Part shown: piece after piece, positions 40,344-54,308 of the stretch
Layout of the letters: each line of letters opens with the position of its first letter
Position numbering within the stretch: the stretch's first letter is position 1
DNA from: Eledone cirrhosa
Lineage: Eukaryota
Length of the DNA stretch: 64,000 bases
Direction: 5' to 3'
NCBI GenBank assembly: GCA_964016885.1
Contig: OZ024754.1
Location: forward strand, 34,534,001-34,598,000
Made by a program: the position numbers and the translations under genes
The notes under the pieces: model-generated
Database searches by the model: none
What the model was told of the DNA's origin: nothing
What the model saw: the letters and a program-made list of their open reading frames with translations, nothing else

Positions 40344-42580
40344 TCGCACATACGTATATGTGTGTATACATATATGTATATATACATATATGTATATATA
40401 TATGTGTGTTTCTACACATATATTCGTGTCTGTATCCATATATATATATATGTGTGTGTGTGTGTGTATGTACACATGTACAGTGTGACAACATTGATAT
40501 TCGTAAGTGAATCGTCACTAAATCTAAGCCGATATTTTGTTGATATACTCCAACATTTATGGCTTCCATAGAGGGATCGTTCAATATCCAGCATCTCCCC
40601 CTATATTAGAATATAATATCCCAGCATCCACAGCATATTACAACAGAGCAGGTTGGTCAAACATTGAGAGGTGGGCATGGGGTATGGAATGGCAGTTAGT
40701 ACTTGGTTACCGTTTTCCTGACTTTAATAAAATTGTCTGTGTAGCGTGGAGGTGGAGGCCCGTGGGTTTGTGGTAAGGATGTGGAACTCACGACCATAAC
40801 GTTGTGGGTTCGATCCCTGGACTGGGTTGTGTGTTCTGTTCTCGAGCTAAACACTTGAAATGAGTACCAGCAGTAGATGCGGGGTTAACCTTGCGATGAA
40901 CTGGGGTCCTGTCCAGGGGAAGTCTTAGACTCAGTCGCATCACGAAAACCGTGTGAAGGTGTTGAGGTATAATGGTTAGGGTTTTGGACTAGGTTTAATT
41001 CCCGAATTGTGTACCACAGCAGGACTCTACATTTCACGTTGCTTTCCTTGGCAGGACTGGAAACCCTATTATTAATTGACCCAAGAAACCTATAATATGC
41101 AACCTGTAGTGACATACAGGTAGCAATCCTATGACACTGCCTCGGGATGATGGAATCCCTGCTGGGTCTAGACTGCAGCCATCAGCTCCACCTGATTGCT
41201 TTGATGCAGAGGAAGAGTTACTTGACCCAGGAAGTAGTTTGGTGTGGGGTTACAGAGTTTGGCAGAGGGTTAGAGAAGCTGTGTTAAATCTAGGGTCACA
41301 TCCACTGCTGCTGTCTACCCAGAAGCCATGCAAGTCAGTGAGGTTCTGTCATGAAGGTGTTAGGTTTATGATCGTCTGGTTGTGGTTTCAATTCCTGGAC
41401 CAAGCAGATTGTTGTCCTTGAGGAAGACATTTGATTTTATGTTGATTCAGTTCACTCATTTGACCTGAACTCCAGAGAGAAACTTGGCAACATGGTAACC
41501 TTGTGGCCAGTCGGACATCACTGAAGCTAAGTTTTCATTGCAAGGTCCCAGATTCTATCCCACTGTGTGGCATTTTGCGCATGTCTTTTACCATAGACTT
41601 GATTGACCCAAGCCTTGTGTATGAGATTTGGTAGACGGAAACTGAGGAGGTTCTATAGATGTATTCTAACTGTAATTCAAAGAGCCATCCAATTATGTTC
41701 TTTGTGAAGCTGAATCTACCTGAGAATTAAAATATGGATGCATGTGTCTTTGGAATACTCAGCTACTTACCAGCCAATTTAATCAGCAAGTAACATTTGA
41801 TTTAACAGCTGAATATTCATTGTAGAAACCAATGAAATTTCCATTGTGTGTGTGTAATGGATTTTATGTCACCTTTTCCATGTTGACATGAGATGTTTTA
41901 AGGCTGAATGCCTTTCCTGATGCCCAACCCTTCCTTGTTTTTATTCTTAATTTAAGTAAGGTACAGTTCTTTGCATGTCTAAACACTGAGCACCAGGCAC
42001 TCAGTTTATGCAGAACATAAATAAATATCACTACCTCACCTGCTATGTTTATTATGAAGAGATCAGACCCAGACAACCGATCGGCTTTCTTACAGTTTCA
42101 ATCAGCTACATTTACTCAGAAGGCAGGTCAGCACAGTCCTATCATAGACATTATGGTTGTGTGTGTGTATATATGTGTGTATATATATATATAGTGTGTG
42201 TGTGTGTATATATATATAGTGTGTATATATACATATATATAGTGTATATATATATATATATATATATGTGCATGTGTATATATTGTTACAAGAGTGTGTT
42301 TCCTTGTTTCTATGGAAGGACAAATTTGTAGAAAATGCTAGAATTCTGAATACTTCATGAAACATTGGCAGTTTCATCTCCATCACTATCGCCAGGCCTT
42401 TTCCCCCTAATATTATCTTTTCAACAACAAAGAAAGGCCCCACATGGCCATGTGGCTGGTCAGAAATATCTGCCAAATTTCCTCAAATCACCGGGGTTGC
42501 ATGGAATCACAAATATCATCATCATCATTTTATGTCTGGTTTCTCTGCTGGCATGGGATGCAAAGGTTGTTACACTTTAA

Positions 42581-42788
42581 CCCTTTAACTTATAAATTGG
42601 CCATATCCAGCCAGAATTCTTGCAGCTCTTTCTGTTAAAACTGGCTGTAACCGGCCACTCATAATGATGTTAAGGTATTGTTCTCAAAAATAAATAATAA
42701 TCAAAATCTCATAGATTCGATATTATGTGAGGTAGTCTTTGCCATGAAAATACAATAGTAAATATAGAGTAATGTAAATGCTAAAGGG
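42581..42788. mobile_element. piggyBac-type MITE nested in a SINE/RTE tail
   Basis: TTAA-CCCTTTA...TAAAGGG-TTAA; homologous to 4122-4341. Confidence 0.85.
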
Positions 42789-43369
42789 TTAAGACTAGAC
42801 AGGTCAGGTGACTATATTTTACTCATACTTTCTATTTGGCATGGTTTCTATAGCCAGATGTCCTTGCCTACACCAACCAGTTAACAGCATTGACTGGATG
42901 CATTTTATGATTCCAGCACTATATATGAGTGTGTTTGTAAATATTTGTATTTATATTAACAGCTTGACATAACTCTCCATTATCAGCTGTTTTGAGATGA
43001 AGATGTCTGTTGTCCGATGCATTCAAGAGCAGGATGAAAATGCTGTGTTAATTTTTCTGGTTCTATGTGTTCGAAGTTCAAATTCTGTTACGGATAACTA
43101 TGCTTTACATTCTTTTGAGGTTGATAAAGTACCAGGCTATGATGGTAGATTGGTCAGGCTATGATGGTAGATTGGTGGAAGCATTAGAGTGTGCTGTCAC
43201 TTTTGACATTTTGTGTTGTGACTTCACTTGTGACATCACTGGCACCTGGCTCATTTTGCTTCTACATTTTCCCTTGGGCTTGATGTGTGATATGAGAGTA
43301 GAGACAAGCATGCAAGGGAAAATGCTGGTGTTCTACAAAAGAAAGACTGAGGCTAAATTTGTGCCTTAA

Positions 43370-43589
43370 CCCTTGAGTGTTCAAACCGGCCAAAACTGGC
43401 CAGAATTCTCTACCTTTTTCTGTTGAAACTGACTGTATATGGTCACTCAAACTGATGTTAAGGTATTTTTCTCAAAATAAATACTTTCAAAATCTCATAG
43501 ATTCGATATTATGTGAGATAATTATGTGTGGTAAAGCCTTTACTACGAAAATATAATAGTATATATAAAATTGTGTGAATGCTAAAGGG
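43370..43589. mobile_element. piggyBac-type MITE
   Basis: TTAA-CCCTTGA...TAAAGGG-TTAA; homologous to 4122-4341. Confidence 0.85.
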
Positions 43590-44586
43590 TTAAAGAGGAT
43601 TTTTCCAGGTGTCAACACATCGTCGCATTTGACCAAAGACTGCCTTCTATGATAAATACATATCTGTACAGGATTAACCTAAGATGCATAGATGTGCATA
43701 TACACATGCAACCATGTCAACTTTGAAAATCAATTGTGGGGTTTCAGAGTTTGGCTGAGTGCTAGAGAATCTGTGTTAAGTTAATTATCAAGTCACATCC
43801 AACGTTTGTTGAACTGGAGATCTTGGAAATATGGTTCTCTCATGATGGTATTGAACTTGGATTGTATGGCTGTGGTTTCAATTTGATTTTCGATTTTTAA
43901 CAAGGTTTTATTAGAGGGTATCTACAACACCAAGGAAATATGTAACTGATGGCCCTATAAAACCTAACAAATATAGCAGTATCATTGAAATGTATATACT
44001 TAGTGCTTATTTTGATAGTTGATTTTAGTATATATTAAATTTGCAAGCATGGAAAAGCAGAGGAAAAATTGTGTGTTTATATATATATATATATATATAT
44101 AAATTAGAAGCTTTCACCCTATGATGCCCACTTTTTTTCCATTATGGAGGTTCATATGCCCAAATATTAAACTATTTTCTGTTGACTATTTCTGGCCCAG
44201 GCAATTCGCCTATTCCGATGATCTGTAGTCAATACACTATAAAAGTTTCTTACACTATTATCAAAATTTTCCATCGCCACTGTATTCTAATTCACATGTG
44301 CTTATATATATATATACACACACACACAAACACACACACACACACACATACCATATTGCTTAGGTCTAGTGCATTGATCATACTCATGTTGAAATCTATA
44401 TAGTAGAATGATGGTAAATATCTTGGCTGCAATATCTTTCAAATTGATGTCTTGGTTGTTACTGCAGTGCTGTCTATCATCTTTCTTGAAGAACTGCATG
44501 ACTGTAGTCTTATGGAGACTCATTCTGATCCCTTGAAGGTATGGTAGTGTGGTTAAGAAGTTTGCTTTGCAATCTTATGGTTTCTG

Positions 44587-44845
44587 GACTGATGCCATTG
44601 TGTGGCATCTTGGCCAGACCAATGCGATTGTGTGGTATCTTGGTCAGACCAATGCCATTGTGTGGTATCTTGGTCAGACCAATGCCATTGTGTGGTATCT
44701 TGGTCAGACCAATGCCATTGTGTGGTATCTTGGTCAGACCAATGCCATTGTGTGGTATCTTGGTCAGACCAATGCCATTGTGTGGAATCTTGGCCAGACT
44801 AATGCCATTGTGTGGCATCTTGGTCAGACCAATGCCATTGTGTGG
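44587..44845. repeat. 30-bp minisatellite (AATGCCATTGTGTGGTATCTTGGTCAGACC), ~8.5 copies
   Basis: Direct tandem repetition with near-identical central units. Confidence 0.95.
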
Positions 44846-45452
44846 GGATTTTGTAGACAAGTTGTGAGGGAGCTTTGAGTGTGTGGCTGTCAAGATAAAG
44901 TCCAGCCATTCTATGTTATAAAGTGATGCTCATTAGGAATGCTATACACCCATAGAAACAAAGCCAAAAACTGGAATGTTTGGGCAGGACATGGTCATTT
45001 GACCTGTCTAGTCACAGAATGTGACAACATATTTAACCCATGCCAACATAAAAAATAGACATAAAACAGTGATTATGATTGTGTGTGTCTGTCTATCTCC
45101 CCATCTGTCCTCACATCAACACCATATAAAACAAGTGATGTTGTTTGTGTATGTGCCATATAAACAATACATTCAGTAGCTTAGCATTTTCCTGAAGGTC
45201 AGTAGTATTGAAAGAAATAATGTATGATTTGGTCTGATGATTATGATGTGAGTAATTTTTGCAAGTAGGACATTTTAAAAAAGAAATCCTTTTAAATATG
45301 ATTCAATGGTGATGTATAAAAGCTGGTCATTTTTGACTGAAGATACACAGAATGTTGGTTGATTAACATTGTAATCTGATTTTATAGTAGTGTTGGTGGT
45401 GGTTAGTGATGGGCCACTGGACTGTAGTGTGCTGGTCATGGGCTTTGTGTGT

Positions 45453-45493
<41 letters not shown>

Positions 45494-45832
45494 ATAAAAT
45501 GTAGTTTGTTTGAAGCATTGAATATGATATATAATGTGGAAAGTGATATATGTAATAGGGCTAAACAATACAAAATGGACAGTAAGATGATGGCAACAAA
45601 AAAGTTAGTTATCTGGTATTTTTTGTTGTTTCTTTCGTCCTAATATCTCGGGACTTAAAATTCCCTTTGTCAGAGTATAAGGAACTCTCGGAGAAAAAAA
45701 TGTTCAGGTCTCTTCTCTTTGAAATTAAACAAAAAAAAAAAACCAAACAATCAAAGATTACCTGGTAACTAACTTTTTCATTGCCTTCATCTTATCGTCC
45801 ATTTTGTATTGTTTATTACATATACCACTTTC

Positions 45833-45873
<41 letters not shown>

Positions 45874-47126
45874 TTTGAGCAATGAAAATAAAAGGTGAAG
45901 ATAGGTTTTTAATTAGTTCATTGTTTTACGATTGTTTCAGAGGTGGTTACGCCATCACCTGTTACTAGTCTTGATATCCTAGATCCATCTTGAAATGTGT
46001 GAGAGTATGTCTATATGTATTGAGCATATGTGTAGTTGCTTATGTTGCAGAGAGTTGTGTTGTTTTTGTTTCATTTGGCACAACTTAGCCCACCTGTGCT
46101 CCCCCCCCCCCTTCTCGGGTCTGTAAGGAGGAAGAGGTAGTGAATTTTTTTTTTTTTAATAGGATTTAGATCATTTCATGTGAGATATAATATATTGTGG
46201 GTCATGGCAAAACTAAAAAAATTAAAACTGGGTCATTACAAAAATATGTTGCTGATTCCTTGATTTTGAGGGAGTTTAAAGCCACTAAAACTAGTAAGAT
46301 GAAAGGAGCAAGTTATTTGGCCTGAATCCTAACAGAAAAAATCCCACTAAAGGCACCTGAAATCTAGGTAGTGGTGTTAATTAAAAGACAAAGTCTACCA
46401 CCTAATGAATGTGAGAGAATGTTGTGTGTGTGTGTGAGAGAATGTTGTGTGTGTGTGAGAGTAATGTTCTATTTCTATTTGTGAGTGTATATGTGTGTGC
46501 ATGAGAGTTTATGCTAATCTGTTAGTTTGTGTAGTTCCATGTTTATGTAGACATATATGAGAGTTTGTGTACCTAAATATGCATAATTAGTGACAGAATT
46601 TTGACTGTGGAAGGGCAGAGGATATATGAAATAGTAATGTCTTCTAGAATATCTGTAAATGGTATGAGATGGAGAATATTAATATATTTGTTTGTTTTCA
46701 TAGTTTTTGAATGAGTTGGGCACAGGGAGGCATAGATCCATCAATATATATTAGATATAAACATATTAATTACACACACACACAGCAGCATCTATTGCTG
46801 TGGACTTCCATCCAGACTAGATAGGCTGAATATTAGTATCTTCCAGCAGTGTTGCTTGCCCAGTGTCCATAGCAGAACTGGTTTCTCTGGAATTACCTAA
46901 CATACCCCCCCCCCCCAAAAAAAAAAACATCCACTATGGCAAGGTGCTGTTTACTGGTTATGAACAGCTCAGAACTATATAATTTATGTGTTTCATTAGC
47001 TTGCTGTGCTGATCTAATATCTATCTATGGATTGGGTGTATAAAGTAATAATGTATAGGTCACTCACTGATAAAAATGAAATACTAAAGAAAAAAAGACA
47101 TGGTGAGCTTGTATTTATGTGTACGT

Positions 47127-47160
<34 letters not shown>

Positions 47161-47869
47161 GCGCGTGCGTAAATCACATTTGTCTCAGTCAAGCCTGATT
47201 GAACAGACATGATGTTGAAGCCTTAATGTTCACATCTTCACAGAAATGCATTAACTAATGTCTTTTTTTTTTTGTTTTCCTAAACACAGTAGGGTGGAAT
47301 TTGACTGAAAATTGGTTGCAATATTTAACATAGGAAGCAATTATGTGGACAGTTTATATCAATATGAAACATACATTGTATATAAGGTATACAAACCCCG
47401 TGTGTGTGTCGAAGACATTAAAACATACCCTTGTGTGGGTGCTACAAAAAAAAAAAATGCACCTAATACACTCTGTAAAACGGTTGGCATTAAGAACAGC
47501 ATCCAGCTATTGAAACCATGTCATAATTGAACAAACTGAGTCAGACCTGGACATGATCTGACTATGAGGGCCTGAGCTCCGATTAAGTACTGACTTAATT
47601 TGTTTTGACCCACCCAACTCCTGCCAGCATGGAAAAATGGGTGTTAAATGTTGATTTGCTTTTCCATGTTAGTGTGTGTGTATGTATATGATATATATAT
47701 ATAATTTTTCGGAAAAGCAGACATAAAATGATGATGATGAATTCATACACATGAAAGTTATTGCACTGTTTATATATAGAACACTTGTTTTCTTGTTGAC
47801 TCTCTTACTATATATATATATCAATCATCTTCATATGTGTGTATACATCGCTATATGTGAAAGGCCCCT

Positions 47870-48185
47870 CTTCGGTCATGATTGACTATGGGATTCACAC
47901 CTAGAAATTTCCCCTCCAATGACATGTCTGGGCAAGACGTTTTTGAAGAAAACCAGCAGTCACCCTTGCATACCTGTCTCCCCTCTCCATGCCACTGATG
48001 TCCAAGAGAAAAACAAAGGCTGATACAACTTGGCACCAGTGATGTCACGACTCATTGCTACAGCTCAGTGAACTGTAACAATGTGAAATAGTGTCTTGCT
48101 CAAGGATACAGCATATTGCTTGGTCTGGGAATTGAACTCACAACCTCACGATTATGAGTCCAACTTTTTAACCACTAAGCTATAT
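47870..48185 (-). mobile_element. tRNA-headed SINE variant with a different body
   Basis: Head GCTTAGTGGTT...GAGTTCAATTCC...CTTGAGCAAGACACTATTTCACATTG on the minus strand. Confidence 0.65.
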
Positions 48186-48329
48186 GTACATATTAATAAA
48201 TATCATCATTTTATGTCCACTTTTCCATGGCTGGATTGATCTTGTGTTGATTCCTCTGATGTTTTGTGTTTTTAGATCAGCTCTCACTACTTCTGCCCAG
48301 GTTTTTTTCTACTGCAGCTTTCTTCCACT

Positions 48330-49540
48330 GGCATTTTTTCACCCAATGACTATCATCCATATCCATCACATATCCAGTTTTTCTCTCAGCTCACCTGTGC
48401 TTTGTCAGTCATGCACATTAAAATTTACTCTGTAGCATGATCATTTCATTTCTCTCCAACCTTCACATATCCTCTGCGTTCACCATCCATGTCTCACTAC
48501 CATACATTACACTTCTCATGCAGGCATCATAGTTTATTGGGAGAGAAAATCCCTTTGTTTAGAGAGGGAACTCTTTGAACTTTTTCAATCCTCTTCTTAT
48601 TCTAGTTACTATGCTTTCAGAGCAATCTCCTCCACTGCTAATTAGATCTCCTAATTAACAGAAACTATCCACTACTTTTATGGTGCCTTTCCCAGAATGG
48701 GAAAAGATTATTTCACTGGTGCTCTTACTACAAAATATCCCTGTGCATCTGTTGCATACAAAGTCAACCTTGTTTACATTGTATAGAGCTCTAACCCATG
48801 CTAGCATGGAAAAGTGGACATTAAACAGTGGTGATGATGATTTTCTACCTACTACTTATCAAGCCTGGTCACTTCCTTGATGGTATCAACGACTTGTCTT
48901 TTTTCCAACTTATTAAAACTTTGGTTTTTGCTATGGCCACTTTGAGCCCTTTTAATTCCAAGTTCTACAACTGAATTTCTTTAGTTCTTCAACAGAACTA
49001 GCTCATTAGAATACATAAGTTCCCATGGTCAGCTAGTCTTGAACTCTGTTATGACCTGGAAAACTATAATAAACAAAATGGGGATAAGGACAGAACTTTG
49101 ATGACCACTTTCACATTGGATAGCTCACTGAATTTATTTATTCTCATTTTACTGAAAGTATCTTTGTACATCGCTTGCATTGCTCTCACAAATGATTAAT
49201 CTACAACCAGTTTCCTCAAGGACTATAACAGATTGGGAAGGTGCGTGGCTTAGTGGTAAAGGTGTTGGACATAAGATTATAATATCATGAGTTCGATTCC
49301 TGTATCAGGTTATATGTTGTTCTTGAGCAAAACACTTTATTTCACATTGTTCCAGCTGAAAAGGAGTACCAGCAATAGCTGGGAGTTTAACCCTGCAATG
49401 AACTGACGTCTTGTCCAGGGGAAGTCTTGTACTCTCAGTTGCTTATTGCCACAAAAACCAGGATAAGCACCGACCTGATGAGCCTCCGGGCTCAAAGCAG
49501 ACTTTAGACATTTTACTCAGCCAAAGGCCTTTTCCAAAGG
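48330..49540 (-). mobile_element. Decayed copy of the PHD-RT RTE family, interrupted by SINEs
   Basis: Colinear similarity with ~600-1520 (e.g. ...FVCNRCTG, GGDCSES, FKTS.PWEL). Confidence 0.75.
49236..49506 (+). mobile_element. tRNA-derived SINE with AACCCTGCAATGAACT...GTCCAGGGG...GGATAAGC..CTGATGAGCC tail; related copy at ~40765-40950
   Basis: A box TGGCTTAGTGG, B box GAGTTCGATTCC. Confidence 0.75.
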
Positions 49541-49896
49541 TATATGCATCTATATTGATATATATGCATCAACTCGTTCCGCAACATCAAGAACGAAGTA
49601 GTGTGCAGATTTGCCACAGATATTGTGGACAGTTTCTTATCAAAAGCCCTCAACTTTGAGGAGTATTTCACTAGAATGGATGACCTTGACTTCAGAATAA
49701 TTCTGGATGCTAGTAAGTTACTGTTATCTGATAACTCTCACTGGGTTAAAAAAAAGCGGGAGGCAACCCACCATTTGACATTTCATGGATATGGGGAGCT
49801 ATGTTGGAGGTGAGGTCAGTGACCAAGTCAATTATTTATTTTGGATACCCTTCAGACTTTTACAAAGATGATGATTCAAGCAATATGAAGAGCCAT

Positions 49897-50243
49897 TCAT
49901 CATCATCATCATCATTTCATTTTACGTCCGCTTTTTCCCTGCTTGCAAGGGTGGGACGGGAACTGATGCTGGCTTGATTTCTACAGCTGGATGCCCTTCC
50001 TAACACAAACCTCATTTACAGTGAGTGCTGGGTGCTTTTTTGCCGTGGCACCTCCACGACCACTTTGCAGTGGAATGATATGGACCCCAGTCCTTATCAT
50101 CTCATTTCTACAGCTGAGTAAACTGGAGCAATGTGAAATAAAGTGTCTTGCTCAAGGAAACAACACATCACCCGGTCTGAGAATTGAACTCACAACCTTT
50201 CGATTGCAAGGCCAATGCTCTAACCACTAAGCCATGTGCCTCC
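49897..50243 (-). mobile_element. Full-length tRNA-derived SINE (26461 family)
   Basis: Reverse complement of 26461-26792 with few differences. Confidence 0.9.
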
Positions 50244-51689
50244 TTCTAAAGATAATTTTAGGAAAGATCTATAAGGATCTTCAAAGTAGTTAACTTAAAC
50301 TTTACTGTTACCACCAACTTAACTAAAGTACTTTCTAGTTATCACAAGTTAGGCCTCAAAGACAGGAAAATATTATCTCCATTGGTAGTCTGAGGAAACA
50401 GTGTACATGAATAAGGACTGCAACCACCCCCCAGCTATAGTTAAAAACTGTGCAACCAGAATTGGCAAAAGAACCTCTAGTTTAACATCTGCTAGAAATA
50501 TCTTCAATGGCTGCCCTCCAATTACAATAAGGCACTGGCAAAATTGGTTTTAATGAAAAGTTGGTATATATGGAAGATCCCACACTTATTTCAAAAAGAG
50601 TAGGGAGAGAAACATAGCTTGATTTAACTCTACATTCAACCTATATGTCTTCACAAATATAGCTAAAAACCTCCTGTCTCTAATTAGACATTTCTTAAAC
50701 AATCATCATTTAATATCCCTTTTACCTGTTAGCAAGGGTTGGATAAATTTCCACATTGAATCAGTACTCAAACTGGGTCAGTGACTTCCCAGACAGGTTG
50801 GAGACCTGCAACTCGCTTACGTATGGTCCCATATTCATTTGATTGTGACACCAGCACTAGAGAGGTTGTCATTACTTTTATACAATGGAAAGATCCTCCC
50901 AACTCTTTGTTTGGAAAGCTTTCTATGGCTTGATGCTCTTCCTACCACCAACCACTTCACAGCATGTACTGGAAGCATTTGTGTAGATCACCAACACTAG
51001 GGAGATTGTCATGCCATTGATACAACTGAAGAGTCCTTCCAATCCTTTATTTGGCAATGAGTTGGGAGGACCCTTCAGTTGTGTCAAGTATCTCCTTAGT
51101 ATTGGTTATTTGTACCTACATGGTATCACTTCCAACATAGTACTCTCCTGGAGTTTGTAATTGCAAGCTTTGAGAAGCTGCAGATTTCCATGAACTGCGA
51201 GATTTTGCTACCATCAACACCCTGTTAAACAATTTCAAGCTATTAACTCCCAATATTCTGCAAAGATCACTTTAGCTCCATTTGGCTTGTGTGCATGTGT
51301 AGGGTGCATGCTCTTTAGCCTCAAACCAGTATTCATATGCAATGTGGTATGAGATAAAGACTGCTATCTGATGTTAGTGAATTGTTATTGTAGCCACATG
51401 CCAGACTTATTGGTACCTCGCTTTCCACATAGTCAACAATTGAAGTGACCTTACTGACCACCCAACACTATTGCTTGACCTGAATCAACTAATGGAAGCT
51501 CTTTATACCCCCCCCCCCTCCTCCAATTTTCAGCCGTTTTCTCCATTTCTTTTTTTGTCACTTACTCCCCTTGCATCTGAATAATTAAACATGTTTGTTT
51601 ACGTCTAATACTGCTGTTAAGATATATGTGTGTGTGTGTGTGTGTGTATCTCATCATCATTGTTTTTATATGTTTCTCCATGCTTGCAT

Positions 51690-51868
51690 AAGTTGGATGG
51701 GCCCTTTTCAGTACAGCATCTCTCGACTTGTTGCGTTTCTTTGTCATCTCTGAGACTTGGCTATTTTGAAATCAGCTCTCACCACTTCTGCCCAGATCTT
51801 TCTCGGTCTGCCTCTACTGCAGCTTCCATCCACTGGCACTTCCTGACACTTTTTCACCCATCGATCAT
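51690..51868 (-). mobile_element. RTE extreme 3' fragment
   Basis: WVKKCQEVPVDGSCSRGRPRKIWAEVVRAD, homologous to the end of ORF 299-1633. Confidence 0.7.
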
Positions 51869-51893
51869 CACTCTCTCTCTCTCTCTCTCTCTG

Positions 51894-51928
<35 letters not shown>

Positions 51929-52077
51929 GCACACGCACACGCACACGCACACACACACACACGTGGGTATCTATCTATATATATGTTTGTGTGTATGTAT
52001 ATGTATGTATTGTATATGTGTATATGTCTAGAAATTCATATTTTAGTTATTGAGAACTAGTGTGTTGCATTGTATGT

Positions 52078-52312
52078 ATCATCATCACTATTTAACGTCC
52101 ATTTTTCCATGTTAACATGGGTTAGACAAGTTGACTGTCTTGCTCATACAGAACTGATTTTGGCTTGGTTTCTATGGCTGGATACCCTTCCTAACATCAA
52201 CCACATTTACAGTGTGTACTGGGTGCTTTTTGTCGGGACACCTACACAATCACATTACAGTGTGGGCTGGGCGCTTTTTGTTGTAACACTTACACGACCA
52301 CTTTACAGTGAG
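52078..52312 (-). mobile_element. RTE/SINE 3'-tail element
   Basis: Reverse complement of the AGGAAGGG.ATCCAGCCATAGAAA...CCCATG...GGACGTTAAA..(ATG)n tail. Confidence 0.75.
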
Positions 52313-52568
52313 GGCTCCGCACTCTAAATATCTAAGCAGAAAATGCACACAAAAAAGTTACATAAGAGGAGTAAGCAACTTCATCTCTATCTCATCAGCA
52401 ACCTTGCTGGCATGCAATTTCTAATTTGCATGCAAACAAAAGTGCTGATGATGAATTAGAGATGCAGTTGTTTCTTCGTCTTATGTAACTGTGTATGTTT
52501 GTATGCAAAAAGTAAACAGAAATAGCCAAGCAAACACAGTCCAATGAAGAAATGTAGTAGGAAAAGAG

Positions 52569-52604
52569 TCTTTACGTTTCGGACACTAGTACTTCATCAG
52601 AAAA
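52569..52604 (-). ncRNA. Minimal hammerhead motif of the CUGAUGAAG..CCGAAACGU type
   Basis: Minus strand TTTT-CTGATGA-A-GTAC-TAGT-GTCC-GAAA-CG-TA-AAGA. Confidence 0.55.
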
Positions 52605-53232
52605 TAAAATGAGAAATTAAAGAAAAACTAGAAAGGTAGATGGGAGTGAGCAAGGGTAGAAACGATAAAAATTTCTTTGAGGAAAAGCATGTATGTATTC
52701 AATCACCCATTCTGGAGAAAAAGAAGCATATATGTATATATGTATGTATATATATATAATTGTTTCTACTTTTGGCACAAGGACAGCAATTACCCAGTGC
52801 ATTACTGGTACTTTATTTTATCGACCCCATAAGGATGAAAGGCAAAGTTAACCTCGGCGGGATTTGAACACAGAATGGCAAGGGCCGTAACTTTGCGTCA
52901 AAGCATGGTGTCCGACCCTCTACCGATATATTGAATGCTCTTCAGAAGCTCTTAATTTTGAAAATGCTCTTTGTTAGGAGCTGGAAACAAAACAAAAAAA
53001 CAAAAAAAAAAAAACTACTCGTAGTAGATTAGTGATTCTCAGGGAGAAGTAGGGATTATTTCCGGAAAGGAACGATACATTTTTCGCGTTAATTGTTAAT
53101 TTGCATGTTAGTGAAAGAATAGACCTCTATTGCAGGCATGTTTAGCTTTGTTTAAGCTATTCATCATAGTATAGCCTCTACGTGCTTGCAGATGGGAAAG
53201 AACATTTTTAGATATACTAAAAAGGATTAGTG

Positions 53233-53400
53233 AAGGCGCAATGGCTTAGTGGTTAGAGCATTGGGCTTGCAATCGAAAGGTTGTGAGTTCAATTCTCGGA
53301 CCGGGTGATGTGTTGTTTCCTTGAGCAAGACACTTTATTTCACATTGCTCCAGTTTACTCAGCTGTAGAAATGAGATGATAGGACTGGGGTCCCTATCAT
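53233..53400 (+). mobile_element. tRNA-derived SINE, 5' half
   Basis: Matches 26461-26628. Confidence 0.85.
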
Positions 53401-54308
53401 TAAATCACCCAAGACGCATCCAACGAGATATACCTTGGAGGAGGCCAGCTAAACCTGCATAGGTGCGAGCTGTAACAACAAAAAAGGATTGGGGTATATT
53501 TTGGGCCATCACACACACACATATATATATTTCTATGATTTGTTTGTACATATGTGGTTGGCTTTAAGAAGGGCATCCAACAGTAGATCAAGATGTGGTC
53601 CCCTGATTGTCCTGCCTAATCAACGTGACAACCTGTCAAATCCATACAATCATAAACAATGTTGATGTGCTTGCATGAGTGTGTGTGTGTATTTAATGTA
53701 TATGTATAGATCTGTATATGTATACAACTGTTGAACAGTGACCACTTTGTCTTTACAAATGTTTTAACCAATAATCTATTACCTATAACTTATTCGATTG
53801 CTATTTCTGAATTAAGGAGTAGGTATCATATATATATATATATTAATCATACCTCCAGTGTATAGTAGTAAAAGTTTGATATGAAATTTGGGGTTCAGGA
53901 TTAATCTTAAGAATGCGTAGTATGTACCGAAGCACCTGGTAAATCGCGTTAGTGGTCAACAAAATAGGTACCAGTAATACACTGGTTGTAAACTGGTTCA
54001 TTGTCAGATTATATTTTATGAATTATACACGTCTCCATAAACCAGTGCACAACACATATTCCAATTTTTGAAATGGTAACCAAAGTACTAATAAATATCA
54101 TTCTAGAAAGAAAAAAAAAGCTACCGTAGGAAATCGTTATTTAAAAATTCCTTCGTTTCAAATTAAAAAAAACCCCAACAAACTTCCCTATGTCATTTTG
54201 TGAAGTATTTATTATTTTATTTTTGATATGTAGATGTATGTATTTTTTCTTGTCATTATTGTTTTATATCAATATGTTTTCTAATGTTACTTCCTTGTCC
54301 TTATCCAG

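Noticed and set aside
44510-44893. Repeat ORFs (PHNGIGLTKI)n
   Set aside because: 30-bp minisatellite open in several frames.
49470-49505. CTGATGA followed by a hairpin (hammerhead-like)
   Set aside because: No GAAA box or NUH/stem I; it is the normal 3' tail of that SINE.
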